DNA of 64,000 bases from Thermoproteota archaeon (lineage in GTDB: Archaea; Thermoproteota; Thermoprotei; Gearchaeales; Gearchaeaceae): contig JAJPJK010000009.1 of NCBI GenBank assembly GCA_021324265.1, positions 802 to 64,801 on the forward strand, given 5' to 3'. Position 1 is the first letter of the stretch, and every line of letters begins with the position of its first letter. Shown here one piece after another: positions 46,209 to 55,803 of the stretch. A model generated the notes under the pieces. The model did not search any database. It had not been told where the DNA came from and was given only the letters and a program-made list of their open reading frames with translations. A program made the position numbers and the translations under genes.

Positions 46209-48070
46209 TGCAGATAGAAGTATTTGAAAGGAGAGTAAGAGAGCTATTGGATAAAATACTTGTTAGGAAGTTTGCTTTCTATGCACTTGGCCTTGTAACT
46301 GCGCTGAACATAGCAATGGCGCTATTTTTGCTGAGTAGATTCGTAATCACGTTTTACTTCTATTTCTTGAACCTCCTTGGATTGAACATTGGCCTAGTAG
46401 CATATCTAGGCTTGGATAGAATAAAGGTGCTTAAGGAGATAAAAATGGGTAGTAAAGTCAATGCTGCATTACTTTTACTTTTCATTTCTTTTATGTTCAT
46501 TTCTTATTTATCAATACTTTATAGCGTAAACTACAGATCTATTTACTACTATATTTTCACGACGCTAGCATTCTTCACTATACTTCCAAGAATTTTCTTC
46601 GATGAAATGAAGAAGAGAAATGCAATGATCATACTCATGCAACTCATGGCACTGAGCTTTCTTGAAAGGATAAGCCTTTTCATCATGCACGACTTTCCAC
46701 CTTGGTGGGATCCATATTTTCATTACGCAACAAGCTTAACTGTATATAATAATGCCCACATTCCTAATCTAGCTGGCTATACGTATTTTCCGCTCTATTA
46801 TATTTTCAACAGCGAGATATGGCTCATGATCTTTGGTGATACTAGCATGAATTATATTGTTATAAATGCGCTCATACTAGTTATATCTTTGATTTTACCT
46901 TATTTGATCGCTGAAAGGATCACAAAAAGCGAACGAGCTGGGGTATTCGCAAGCACTTTGATTATGATAGTATATAATTTCTTCGGCATGACTAACTTCC
47001 AGACCCCCCATCCTTTCTCGTTTACCTTAGCAATGCTCTCGATTTATTTGCTTTACAGGATAATCTTTGAAGGAATTAATTACAGGCTCATAGGTATTTT
47101 CTTAATCTCATCGATAGGGTCCTTCATATTCCACCCAAGTGGAGGCCTTTTCTTGAGTTATCTTAGCATAGGCTTAATTATATTCAGGATGCTTTTCAAT
47201 GTTAGGAGATACTTGGTGTTTTTAATATTCCCTTTATTCGTATTTTTATACTTAATTAACCTAGCTCAGAATCAATTAGGCTATTATATATCACTTTCAT
47301 TTGGTGCGCAAGGCCTTAGCGTAGAAAACCCCGTATATCCTGGCTTCAGTTCAACTTTCGCACAGATAACATTTTACACACTTTCGCATTTCTGGTATTT
47401 CGCAGTTGCATTCTTTACTGCGTTGGGACTATTTACCCTCATATTGAGCAATAAGAAAAACTATTTTTTACCCGTGCTAGCTGTTATCGCAGTACTTCCT
47501 ACAACTACATTGTTCTTCACAGGGAGAGCTGTGGCAGAAACAATTGGAACAGGATTCATAGTACTTGCAGAGGTATTGTTGGGAGGAATTGCGCTTAGAA
47601 GCACTTTCAAAAAAACAATAGCTATATTCTTCATAATTCTATTAACCTTTTCCTTCTTTTCTTCTACGTTACTAAGCGATGATGCTCCGTATTTCGGCAA
47701 AGCAATTAATGGAAATTATACTTATTACATCCAACAAACTTATTACACGAATGAACAAAGCATAAGTGCAGCAAGCTTGCTTGTGAATAACATGCAAGGA
47801 AACATATTAGTCAACTCCACAGATGATAGAGCTTTTGCTGCATGTTGCTCAATATCAGTGAAAGGATATGTTCACTTAGATCCTTCGATTTATGTGGTCA
47901 GTAACAATACATACTATTTCATTAGCTACTACATAACCTCTCGATGGCCAGCTCTTCCTCCACAGGCATATGAAAATTTCGCAAGAAATATGACAGCAAA
48001 TCCTAATGTTAATTTGATTTATTCAAATGGAGATACTATAATCTTCTTCTCGAGCATTCATAAGAAGTGA
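46208..48070 (+). CDS. large polytopic membrane protein with C-terminal extracellular domain (candidate GT-C-type transferase or glycan polymerase)
   Basis: 620 aa. More than 10 hydrophobic segments, then a C-terminal domain of about 110 aa with sequons. ATG overlaps the upstream stop by 1 nt. Confidence 0.45.
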   Translation: MQIEVFERRVRELLDKILVRKFAFYALGLVTALNIAMALFLLSRFVITFYFYFLNLLGLNIGLVAYLGLDRIKVLKEIKMGSKVNAALLLLFISFMFISYLSILYSVNYRSIYYYIFTTLAFFTILPRIFFDEMKKRNAMIILMQLMALSFLERISLFIMHDFPPWWDPYFHYATSLTVYNNAHIPNLAGYTYFPLYYIFNSEIWLMIFGDTSMNYIVINALILVISLILPYLIAERITKSERAGVFASTLIMIVYNFFGMTNFQTPHPFSFTLAMLSIYLLYRIIFEGINYRLIGIFLISSIGSFIFHPSGGLFLSYLSIGLIIFRMLFNVRRYLVFLIFPLFVFLYLINLAQNQLGYYISLSFGAQGLSVENPVYPGFSSTFAQITFYTLSHFWYFAVAFFTALGLFTLILSNKKNYFLPVLAVIAVLPTTTLFFTGRAVAETIGTGFIVLAEVLLGGIALRSTFKKTIAIFFIILLTFSFFSSTLLSDDAPYFGKAINGNYTYYIQQTYYTNEQSISAASLLVNNMQGNILVNSTDDRAFAACCSISVKGYVHLDPSIYVVSNNTYYFISYYITSRWPALPPQAYENFARNMTANPNVNLIYSNGDTIIFFSSIHKK

Positions 48071-48120
48071 TAATTAATATTGCTTGAGAGGATCATCCAA
48101 AATTATAAATTGCAAAAAAT

Positions 48121-48825
48121 ATGATTGTTCCTTTAGAGTATTTAAATAAAAAGTATTTTAAAGCTATGATTAAGAATCCATACCAAATAAGATTTTTTAT
48201 AGATTTGGTTCAAAGAGAACAAAAATTATACAGAATTCTAGAAGCAAGTACCAAGGAAATAAAATACAACTTGAGCAAGGCAGAGGAAATAAGGAGAGAA
48301 ATTTATGAAAAAATGAAAAACTATTCATATCATGGTGCAATGGTCTCTCCTCTGGAAGGCCCAATCATTTATTGCATAGTTAGAATTTTAAAGCCAGAGA
48401 TCGTTATCGAAACAGGCGTAGCTAATGGTGCATCATCCACATTCATCTTAAATGCTTTAGAAGAAAACAATAAAGGTAGGCTATACAGCATAGATCTTCT
48501 TTCAAAAGAGTTGCAAGTGAAAGAAAAAGAAATAGGATGGTTGATACCGAAAGAATTGAGGCATAGATGGAATTTACATCTTGGAGACAGCAAAGAATTG
48601 CTACCAAAGTTTTTGCAACAATTAGGATACGTTGATATATTTTTACACGATAGCTTGCATACTCTTGAACATGTATTATTCGAGCTTAGAATTGCCTCAG
48701 CTTATATTAAAAGCGGTATCTTAATAGCTGATGATGTACATCCAAGCTGGATAAATAAAATATGCAATGCTCTAAATATCGAAAAACATGAATTGTTCAA
48801 TGATTTATTAGTATTGAAGAAATGA
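48121..48825 (+). CDS. class I SAM-dependent methyltransferase (Methyltransf_24/CmcI-like)
   Basis: VIETGVANGASS motif I region, LYSIDL, DIFLHDSLHT. Confidence 0.65.
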   Translation: MIVPLEYLNKKYFKAMIKNPYQIRFFIDLVQREQKLYRILEASTKEIKYNLSKAEEIRREIYEKMKNYSYHGAMVSPLEGPIIYCIVRILKPEIVIETGVANGASSTFILNALEENNKGRLYSIDLLSKELQVKEKEIGWLIPKELRHRWNLHLGDSKELLPKFLQQLGYVDIFLHDSLHTLEHVLFELRIASAYIKSGILIADDVHPSWINKICNALNIEKHELFNDLLVLKK

Positions 48826-49169
48826 AGTATCTATCCAAATATCATCACGAGCTTAATGAAAAGGCATATACGAGACTCAACATAGAAGATAGTGATTTCA
48901 AAAAAAGACAAATAATATATCCTAAATATTATTTTAAGAGAACTAATAATAATATGGAAGGCTTGGCAAATTTTTTATTATATATGTATCAAAAAATCAG
49001 ATAAAAAATTAAAAATAGGCATATTTTAAATCTAGGTGCAGGAACAGGTTATCGAGATACAAACTTACTTTTAAAATTGCAAAATAAAGTCAAAGCATTA
49101 GATCTCTCCTACGAAAAAAGCGTTCAAATAAAATATTTTTATACTATAGATATTTACTTTAATTATTAA
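48822..49169 (+). pseudogene. decayed class I methyltransferase (in-frame TAA at 49002-49004 and 3' truncation)
   Basis: The 60-aa ORF is followed in the same frame, after the TAA, by KIKNRHILNLGAGTGYRD...VKALDLS (SAM motif I and post-I). The reading frame then ends at 49167-49169, far short of a full MTase. Confidence 0.55.
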
Positions 49170-49185
49170 TTTAATATTCAAAAAA

Positions 49186-50361
49186 ATGAAGATCTTACTT
49201 GTTTGTGAACAACCTCTGCCTTCTAAGAAGAGGGCAGGAAGACCGAATTATACGGTAAGGTATCTTGCAAAGAAAGGTCACGATATTACGGTTTTATGTC
49301 CAAGGACCCATGAAGAAGATGATGGTTTAGCTAGATATGAGTATATTAATATCGAGTTCAGGCAGTTCTCAATTATAAATAGAATAAAGATATTGAGAGA
49401 GTTTCAAAAAAAGATAAAAAAATTAATGTATTCAGAAAAGTTTGATATTATAAGAACAATAAATATTATACCGACGTATTCTTCATTAAATACTAAGATA
49501 CCTATATATTCAGAGATAAATGATTTTTTGAGCGATTTATATTTGCAATTCAATATGCCATTAAAGAATATTATTTCAAATTTTATCAAAATGATGGAGA
49601 ACAAAATTGCTAAAAAAATGTGTTATGCAAATGTGGAAACAGATGTTGGAAGGAGATTTTGGAAAGAGCTAGGGGCAAATGAGAAAAAGATCGCAGCAAT
49701 CCCGAATGGTGTGGATACAAAGCATTTCGATCCTTATAAAGCAAATGCAGAAGAAATTAGAGAGAAATATAAGCTTAATCATGCGAAGGTATTATTCTAT
49801 CATGGAGACATAGGATATTATGATGGTTTACATTTCCTTTTAAATATAATGGATAGAATAGACGCAAAATTCATGATTGTTGGTGATGGACCAAATGGCT
49901 ACTTGGATGAGCTTAGAAAGATCGCTTTGAAAAACAAGGTTGAAGACAAAATAATTTTCACAGGTTGGATTGACTATGGAATACTACCAAGTTATATCGC
50001 ATGCGCAGACTTATGTGCATTACCTTTGATACCTAAAACTAGGGAAAATAGAGCCGTTATACATTCAAAAATAAAGGAATATTTGAGCATGGGTAAGAAA
50101 TTTGTTGTAACTAGACTAGAAGGAATAGAATCAAGCTTGGGTAGTTTGCCATTTTATGTCAATGAACCATGGAATCGAGAAGAACTGTTAAATGTAATAA
50201 AAAGAGCATTTGAAGAAGAAAGAGATGTTGAAAAAATGAGGAGTATTGCTAAAATTCTGGACTGGGAAAACATAATAAATCAAGATGAAAAAGTAATGAA
50301 GGCAATTTTGGATGGAGAAGAAGACATAAGGAAATTCGATCTAAAGCTTGAGAATACTTAG
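49186..50361 (+). CDS. family-4 glycosyltransferase
   Basis: MKILLVCEQP N-terminus. C-terminal GT-B block MIVGDGP...LPSYIACADLCALP...SKIKEYLSMGKKFV. Confidence 0.8.
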   Translation: MKILLVCEQPLPSKKRAGRPNYTVRYLAKKGHDITVLCPRTHEEDDGLARYEYINIEFRQFSIINRIKILREFQKKIKKLMYSEKFDIIRTINIIPTYSSLNTKIPIYSEINDFLSDLYLQFNMPLKNIISNFIKMMENKIAKKMCYANVETDVGRRFWKELGANEKKIAAIPNGVDTKHFDPYKANAEEIREKYKLNHAKVLFYHGDIGYYDGLHFLLNIMDRIDAKFMIVGDGPNGYLDELRKIALKNKVEDKIIFTGWIDYGILPSYIACADLCALPLIPKTRENRAVIHSKIKEYLSMGKKFVVTRLEGIESSLGSLPFYVNEPWNREELLNVIKRAFEEERDVEKMRSIAKILDWENIINQDEKVMKAILDGEEDIRKFDLKLENT

Positions 50362-51481
50362 GACAATTGGCGAATTCGGACCTTCAATTGGGCCTTCGAA
50401 GCAAGCATACTTGCTTACTAAGGGATTGAGCAAGCAGGGAATATTTTCCATAATCTATACTTATGAAGTTTATGTTAACGAAAAAATTGAAAATGCGAAA
50501 ATAAAGAAGTTTGAGCCTTTTATTAAATTTGGCCATTACAAGATTTCCTTTAAAATGATTCAAGAAGTAATGAGAGAAAATGTAGATTTGGTTCATGTTC
50601 ATGGATATAGGAATTTCCAAACTGATTTGGGAGCATTAGTTTCATTGGAGAAAAAAATACCCTTAGTCATTACAGCGCATGGAACTGTAAAGGGTTATGA
50701 ATATTTGAATCTTGGCTTAAGATCTAGATTGCCAAATATAATTTACGATGCTTTGACCTTTAAGTTAACTTTGAGATTGGCAAAGAAGATAATTGCAACA
50801 TCTAAAAGTGAGGCAAATGAGCTTTTAAGCTTTGGAATACCTGAAAGTAAGATTGCGATCATTCATAACGGTATAGAATTCCCTAACATAGAAGTTAAGA
50901 AGGATTTCGATGATAAAGATACTCTTAACATATTAACAGTTTCTAGGATAACTTATAAAAACAACTTAGAAATGGGAATTAAAGCCTTTGCTGAAGCATA
51001 CAAAAGGAATAAAAAGCTTCGTTATATAATCGTAGGTGATGCTAAGCCTAGTAGATATGATGCGATGGAAAGAGGATATAAAGAAAAAATATTAAAGCTT
51101 TGTAAACAGCTTGGAATAAAAGATAAAGTAATCTTCACTGGCTGGCTAAGCGGTGAAGCATTGTGGGAAGCATATTTAAAAGGAGATATCTTTATTTGGA
51201 CTTCACGCTATGATAATTTTGCCCATGCTTTAGTAGAGGCAGCTTATTTTAAATTACCAATTATTAGTACTCCTGTTGGCATTGCAGGAGATTTGCTTGA
51301 TAAAGAATTCTTAGTTGAACATGAAGATTACAAAGAGCTTAGCGAGAAAATCCTAGAAATTTGCGAAAATCCTAAACTAATGAAAGAGATTGGAGAAGAG
51401 AATCATAAAAGATCGCTGAGATATAGTTATGAAAAAATGGTGAGGGAATATTACAAGCTATATTCAGAATTGGCAAGCTAG
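50348..51481 (+). CDS. family-4 glycosyltransferase
   Basis: VSRITYKNNLEMGIKAF, IVGDAKPS, FAHALVEAAYFKLPIIST (E-x7-E region). Confidence 0.85.
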   Translation: MRILRTIGEFGPSIGPSKQAYLLTKGLSKQGIFSIIYTYEVYVNEKIENAKIKKFEPFIKFGHYKISFKMIQEVMRENVDLVHVHGYRNFQTDLGALVSLEKKIPLVITAHGTVKGYEYLNLGLRSRLPNIIYDALTFKLTLRLAKKIIATSKSEANELLSFGIPESKIAIIHNGIEFPNIEVKKDFDDKDTLNILTVSRITYKNNLEMGIKAFAEAYKRNKKLRYIIVGDAKPSRYDAMERGYKEKILKLCKQLGIKDKVIFTGWLSGEALWEAYLKGDIFIWTSRYDNFAHALVEAAYFKLPIISTPVGIAGDLLDKEFLVEHEDYKELSEKILEICENPKLMKEIGEENHKRSLRYSYEKMVREYYKLYSELAS

Positions 51482-51506
51482 ACCGAGCTTGAACTGCTAA
51501 CTTGTT

Positions 51507-53330
51507 ATGTGCGGAATTTGCGGTATAATAGGAGAACCGAATAGCTATTTGCTTAAGCTTATTTGCAATAATTTAGTTCATAGAGGCCCAGATAGCGAAG
51601 GCTATTATATCGATGATAAAGTTGCTCTAGGAGTGAGGAGATTGAGGATCATAGATCTCGTAACTGGAGATCAGCCAATTCATAACGAAGATTCAACGAT
51701 TTGGGTAGTTTTCAACGGTGAAATATATAACTTCTTGGAACTTAAATCAAAGCTTCAAGCTAAGCACAGGTTCTACACAAGCACAGATACAGAAGTGCTC
51801 GTTCATCTTTGGGAAGATTACAAGGAAAATATGCTCGGATATCTAAAAGGCATGTTCGCGTTTGCAATTTATGATGCGAAAGAAAATAAGGTTTTCATAG
51901 CAAGAGATAGATTTGGTGAAAAGCCCCTTTATTATACAATCATAGATAATAGCTTTATTTTCGCTTCTGAGCTTAAAGCTCTAATAAAGGTTTTGGAGAG
52001 GATCGAAATAAATACCAATGCTTTAGCGAGTTATTTCGCTTTCTTTTATAACCATTTAGAAGAGAGCTTTATAAAGAATGTTTTTAGATTAAATCCCTCA
52101 AGTTATATATTATATGATATTAAGAATAGAAAGTTTGAAATTAAAAAATATTGGGATTTGAATATCGATGAAAATATTGAAATAAGCATAGAAGATGCAT
52201 TGAAGCTTCTTGATAGATACTTAAGCAATTCAGTTAAGAATTGCTTGATAAGCGATGTTCCGTTAGGGATTTTATTGAGCGGAGGCGTAGATTCAAGTAT
52301 TATTGCTAGCTTAGCCTCGAAGAATGCAAGAATAAAAACTTTCCATATCACAAGTGAAGAAGAAGAAGAAGTTAAATTCGCAGAAGAAATTGCTAACTTA
52401 ATAGGTAGCGAACATAAAACAATATATATTGATAAGAACTTCATGAAGAACTTCGATGATATTGCTTACTCAATCGATGAACCTGTAGCAGATCCTTCAA
52501 TCCTATTATCATATTATATATGCGAAACAACAAGGAAGCATGTTACTGTTGCACTCACTGGTGAAGGGGGAGATGAGTTATTTTGGGGCTATCCTTGGAT
52601 TTCCTTAAATGATGGACTTGATAAATGGTTTGACTTGCCAAGCTTCATAAGGAAAAATGCTTTGAAAATGAGATACATCACTAAACACATAAATTCGAGC
52701 TATGCAGGTATTTTGCAAGATATTGCGAGATACGAGAAAATAGGCTATCATTCATTAGATAGTGTTGGAAAAAGGATTGCAAGGCTTTCGCATTTTTCGC
52801 TTGAAGAAATAAAGAATCTTTTAGCTACGAGGTTCGAGGATCCTTATAAGGAATATGAAGAGATCTTACGAAAAAGAAACTCCTTAAGAGGCTCAGCTTA
52901 TTTAACGATAAAGAAAGTTTTGCCGAATGATTTCCTTCATAAAGATGATAGGATGAGCATGAAGCATTCACTTGAGCTCAGGGCACCATTCTTAGATCAT
53001 GAGCTTTTCCAAGCAATGTATAGAATTAGCGATAGCTATAAATTGAATTCTTCGACTCAAAAATACTTACTTAAACTTTATGCTGTGAAGTATCTAAAAA
53101 TGCCAAAGGAAGCAATCTTCAGAAAGAAAGTGGGTTTTAGTATGCCATTAAATAGATATCATAAGGATTTTATATATAAAACAGAAGAATTAAAATATCT
53201 AACAAAAGAATTAAGAATTAATTATAATGTTATCATGAGATTGTATGAATTTTATCCTTCATATGAATATACAAATAGATTATTTGCTTTATCCTTACTT
53301 TTAGATTGGTATAAGAATATGGTTAAATGA
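51507..53330 (+). CDS. asnB: asparagine synthase (glutamine-hydrolysing) family amidotransferase
   Basis: MCGICGI Ntn nucleophile, RGPDSEG, PP-loop LSGGVDSS; 607 aa. Confidence 0.9.
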   Translation: MCGICGIIGEPNSYLLKLICNNLVHRGPDSEGYYIDDKVALGVRRLRIIDLVTGDQPIHNEDSTIWVVFNGEIYNFLELKSKLQAKHRFYTSTDTEVLVHLWEDYKENMLGYLKGMFAFAIYDAKENKVFIARDRFGEKPLYYTIIDNSFIFASELKALIKVLERIEINTNALASYFAFFYNHLEESFIKNVFRLNPSSYILYDIKNRKFEIKKYWDLNIDENIEISIEDALKLLDRYLSNSVKNCLISDVPLGILLSGGVDSSIIASLASKNARIKTFHITSEEEEEVKFAEEIANLIGSEHKTIYIDKNFMKNFDDIAYSIDEPVADPSILLSYYICETTRKHVTVALTGEGGDELFWGYPWISLNDGLDKWFDLPSFIRKNALKMRYITKHINSSYAGILQDIARYEKIGYHSLDSVGKRIARLSHFSLEEIKNLLATRFEDPYKEYEEILRKRNSLRGSAYLTIKKVLPNDFLHKDDRMSMKHSLELRAPFLDHELFQAMYRISDSYKLNSSTQKYLLKLYAVKYLKMPKEAIFRKKVGFSMPLNRYHKDFIYKTEELKYLTKELRINYNVIMRLYEFYPSYEYTNRLFALSLLLDWYKNMVK

Positions 53331-53914
53331 TTAAGGTTGCTTTCCTAGGTAGAAGTTTTTCGCAAAGAAGGCAAAGTCATCTATTGAATGAATTATGTAA
53401 GAATTTCGCTGTCTTTGCACTCGTTCCTGCTTGGAACGAAAAATTGAGATATAGAGAACCCCCAAAGAAATCTTGATAAATGAAAAGGATGTCAAATTCA
53501 AGGTTATATGGCATCAGACAATTTTTTTTCTGAAAAAACCTTAATCAGCTTTTACCCAAGCGCCCTAATTTCATTAACAAAGATTAAGCCTAACTTAGTG
53601 GTTTTGAATTTATATCATTCTATAAGACGAAAAATTGGGAGTAACAATCCGGTTACTCAGTAATAGAAGCAATGAGCTATGGCATGCCTGTCATAGTATC
53701 GAATTGTGGTTCTTTGACTGAAATAGTCAATTGTTCAGGCATCATAGTTCAGCAAAATAATATCGATGAACTTGCAAAGGCAATGGAATATGTTATCGAT
53801 GAAGTAATTTTGATGGATTTAAGTGAGAGGAGCATGGAAATAGCAAAAGAGTTCTCCTTAGATTTTGTAGCTGAGAAGTGGAGAATATTAATAGAAAAAA
53901 CAAAGAAAAGATAG
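53327..53914 (+). pseudogene. internally deleted, frameshifted family-4 glycosyltransferase remnant
   Basis: ATG 53327 (ATGA overlap with the asnB stop) gives MIKVAFLGRS... then a stop after 49 codons. Stops and frame changes follow. The C-terminal piece GYSVIEAMSYGMPVIVSNCGSLTEIV (ORF 53672-53914) is the GT4 E-x7-E region. Total length is about half of a GT4 gene. Confidence 0.6.
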
Positions 53915-55092
53915 GAATAATTATAATCGGAAGTAGTTTATTCGAGGTTCCTTACTTAAGAAATATCCCGTCAGGTTTTTCGGAGATAATTTATAAAACA
54001 AGTAATTATGTTTCGAAAAAATATGACGTAATAATTATTAGTCCATTCTATTATAAATATAAAAATGATGTCATCATCAATAAGAATCTTAAAATTTATT
54101 ATGTCTATCATCCTGCAATACATAGACAAAAAATAAGCATTATTAATATTGTTATGGAATTATTAAGCAGTATACTTTCTTTTTCAACTCAATCTGCTTT
54201 AAAGATACTTAGTTTTAGAAGTCAGCAAAATAAAGTAGTTATAATTTATGATAAAATATCAGGTATTTTTCCATTAATTATAGCAAAAATCATAGGATTT
54301 AAAGTAATATATTCTGAAGGAAATCCCTTTCCTTGGTATTTACCTTATTTAAATAAAAAATACAATAAAATTAGCTGGGGCATAAATATTTTTCTTGGTA
54401 AAATAATGTGCAAGAATGCAGATATTATTAGAGCACAAAGTATTTGTATAAAAGAAGGTATGATACATCAGGGCATAGAAAAAGAAAAAATATTCGTAAT
54501 TCCAGTAGGCGTGGATCCTATATTTTTTAAGCCCAGTTACAATAAGGATAAAAGCTCATTCATCGTTGGTTATTTAGGCAGATTGACTGAAGAAAAAGGT
54601 GGCCCATTATTATACGAAATAGTAAAAGAAAGTAGCTTAAAGCTTCCTCAAGTGAAATTTTTAATTATAGGCCTGGGTCCTTACAAAGATAAGCTTGAAA
54701 AACTTAACAATGTAATTTTCATAGGTAATGTTCAAAGGAAAGAACTTCCTCAATTCATTAACATGGCCGATATTTTTATAAGTACATACTATGATTTTGC
54801 GCTTGCAGATCTTGAAATTTTATCTTGCGGAAAGCCTCTAATAAAACTCGATAGTCCTGAAATAAATTATATTTTTAAGAATAAAGAAGAGATATTGTAT
54901 GCAAAAAATGATATAAATTCTTTTTTAAAAATTATCACAGAAGTAATGAATGACCAAAAGTTAATAGAAAAAATATCACATAGTGCAAGAGATAAGATTT
55001 TAAAAGATTTTACATGGGAAAAAATATCGGAAAAATGGATTGAACTCATCGATATATTGCTTAAGAGAAATAATAAAAAAACAGAATTTTAA
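53878..55092 (+). CDS. family-4 glycosyltransferase
   Basis: VGYLGRLTEEKGG, IIGLGPYK, DLEILSCGKPLI. Confidence 0.75.
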   Translation: MENINRKNKEKIGIIIIGSSLFEVPYLRNIPSGFSEIIYKTSNYVSKKYDVIIISPFYYKYKNDVIINKNLKIYYVYHPAIHRQKISIINIVMELLSSILSFSTQSALKILSFRSQQNKVVIIYDKISGIFPLIIAKIIGFKVIYSEGNPFPWYLPYLNKKYNKISWGINIFLGKIMCKNADIIRAQSICIKEGMIHQGIEKEKIFVIPVGVDPIFFKPSYNKDKSSFIVGYLGRLTEEKGGPLLYEIVKESSLKLPQVKFLIIGLGPYKDKLEKLNNVIFIGNVQRKELPQFINMADIFISTYYDFALADLEILSCGKPLIKLDSPEINYIFKNKEEILYAKNDINSFLKIITEVMNDQKLIEKISHSARDKILKDFTWEKISEKWIELIDILLKRNNKKTEF

Positions 55093-55142
55093 CATCTTAA
55101 GTTTAAAGAGAGTCCTTAAAATGTTTTTTAGAATGGATTTAA

Positions 55143-55403
55143 ACGACAGAACTTGAGATTTTAGCCTGCGGAAGACCTTTAATAACGCTGGATTCCAAGG
55201 TGAATAGAGAAGTAATGAAGGACTATTATAATGGTTTCTTGTGCAAACCAAACGCGAAAGACTATTTTGAGAAAATGAGACTAATTTTTGAGGATGAAGA
55301 GTTATATACAAAGATGCAGGCGAATGTGAGATGCACAGCCGTGAACTGTTTCTCTATTGAATAAGTAGCTAAGAAGTGGCTAGAAACAATAACTTATTGT
55401 TAA
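55143..55403 (+). pseudogene. remnant duplicating the 3' part of the preceding GT4 gene
   Basis: No start codon. ELEILACGRPLITLDS...NGFL aligns with DLEILSCGKPLIKLDS of 53878-55092. In-frame TAA at 55362-55364 precedes VAKKWLETI (compare EKISEKWIELI). Confidence 0.55.
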
Positions 55404-55413
55404 CATTAAGATC

Positions 55414-55713
55414 ATGAGACCAAAAGTAAGAATCATACACTTATATAAGCGGTATGAAATTATCTGAATATCTAGCTGCAGGACTACCTGTAATCTTACC
55501 CCCTTTAAAGGGGTCTTTAAAATTAATTAAGATAATGGGTTCATTTTCAATTTCAACGATGACGAAAGCTTAAGAAAAGCAATTGAAACTGCTCTTAGTT
55601 CACAGCTTATTGAGATGAGTAAGAAATCCAAAGAAATTGTTAAAAAATTTTTATCGCTTGAAGCTGCTAAAAATGAGATTGATAAGCTTATTAATTTTAT
55701 ATATCAATATTAA
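55414..55713 (+). pseudogene. collapsed glycosyltransferase remnant (N-terminal codons joined to frameshifted C-terminal region)
   Basis: MRPKVRIIHLYK then a stop. MKLSEYLAAGLPVILPP in a second frame. NGFIFNFNDDESLRKAIETAL...EIVKKFLSLE in a third frame. These are typical GT-B C-terminal motifs. Confidence 0.5.
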
Positions 55714-55803
55714 TTTAGCAAAGCAATTAAGAACTATATTAAGTCAATTTTTTATTACTTTAAAAATACTAGAATAAAAACTTTATAAAGTTAATATATC
55801 GAA

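Noticed and set aside
46208-48070. A WWDP motif (PPWWDPYF) reminiscent of the WWDYG motif of AglB/STT3 oligosaccharyltransferase
   Set aside because: The motif lies near residue 165 in a loop between TM segments, not in a C-terminal soluble domain after about 13 TM helices. The rest of the sequence shows no STT3 pattern I recognise. This is not called as AglB.
49002-49004. In-frame stop in the methyltransferase remnant as possible recoding (Sec/Pyl)
   Set aside because: The codon is TAA, not TGA or TAG. The frame is also truncated downstream, so decay is the simpler explanation.
52351-52372. GAA-rich run (gaagaagaagaagaag)
   Set aside because: It encodes a short Glu run (SEEEEEV) within asnB. 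It is an ordinary low-complexity coding repeat, not a regulatory or slippage element as far as can be judged.
55000-55311. 103-aa minus-strand ORF
   Set aside because: It lies antisense to the 3' end of the GT4 gene and to a plus-strand GT4 remnant whose translation aligns with the neighbouring gene. It has no motif of its own.
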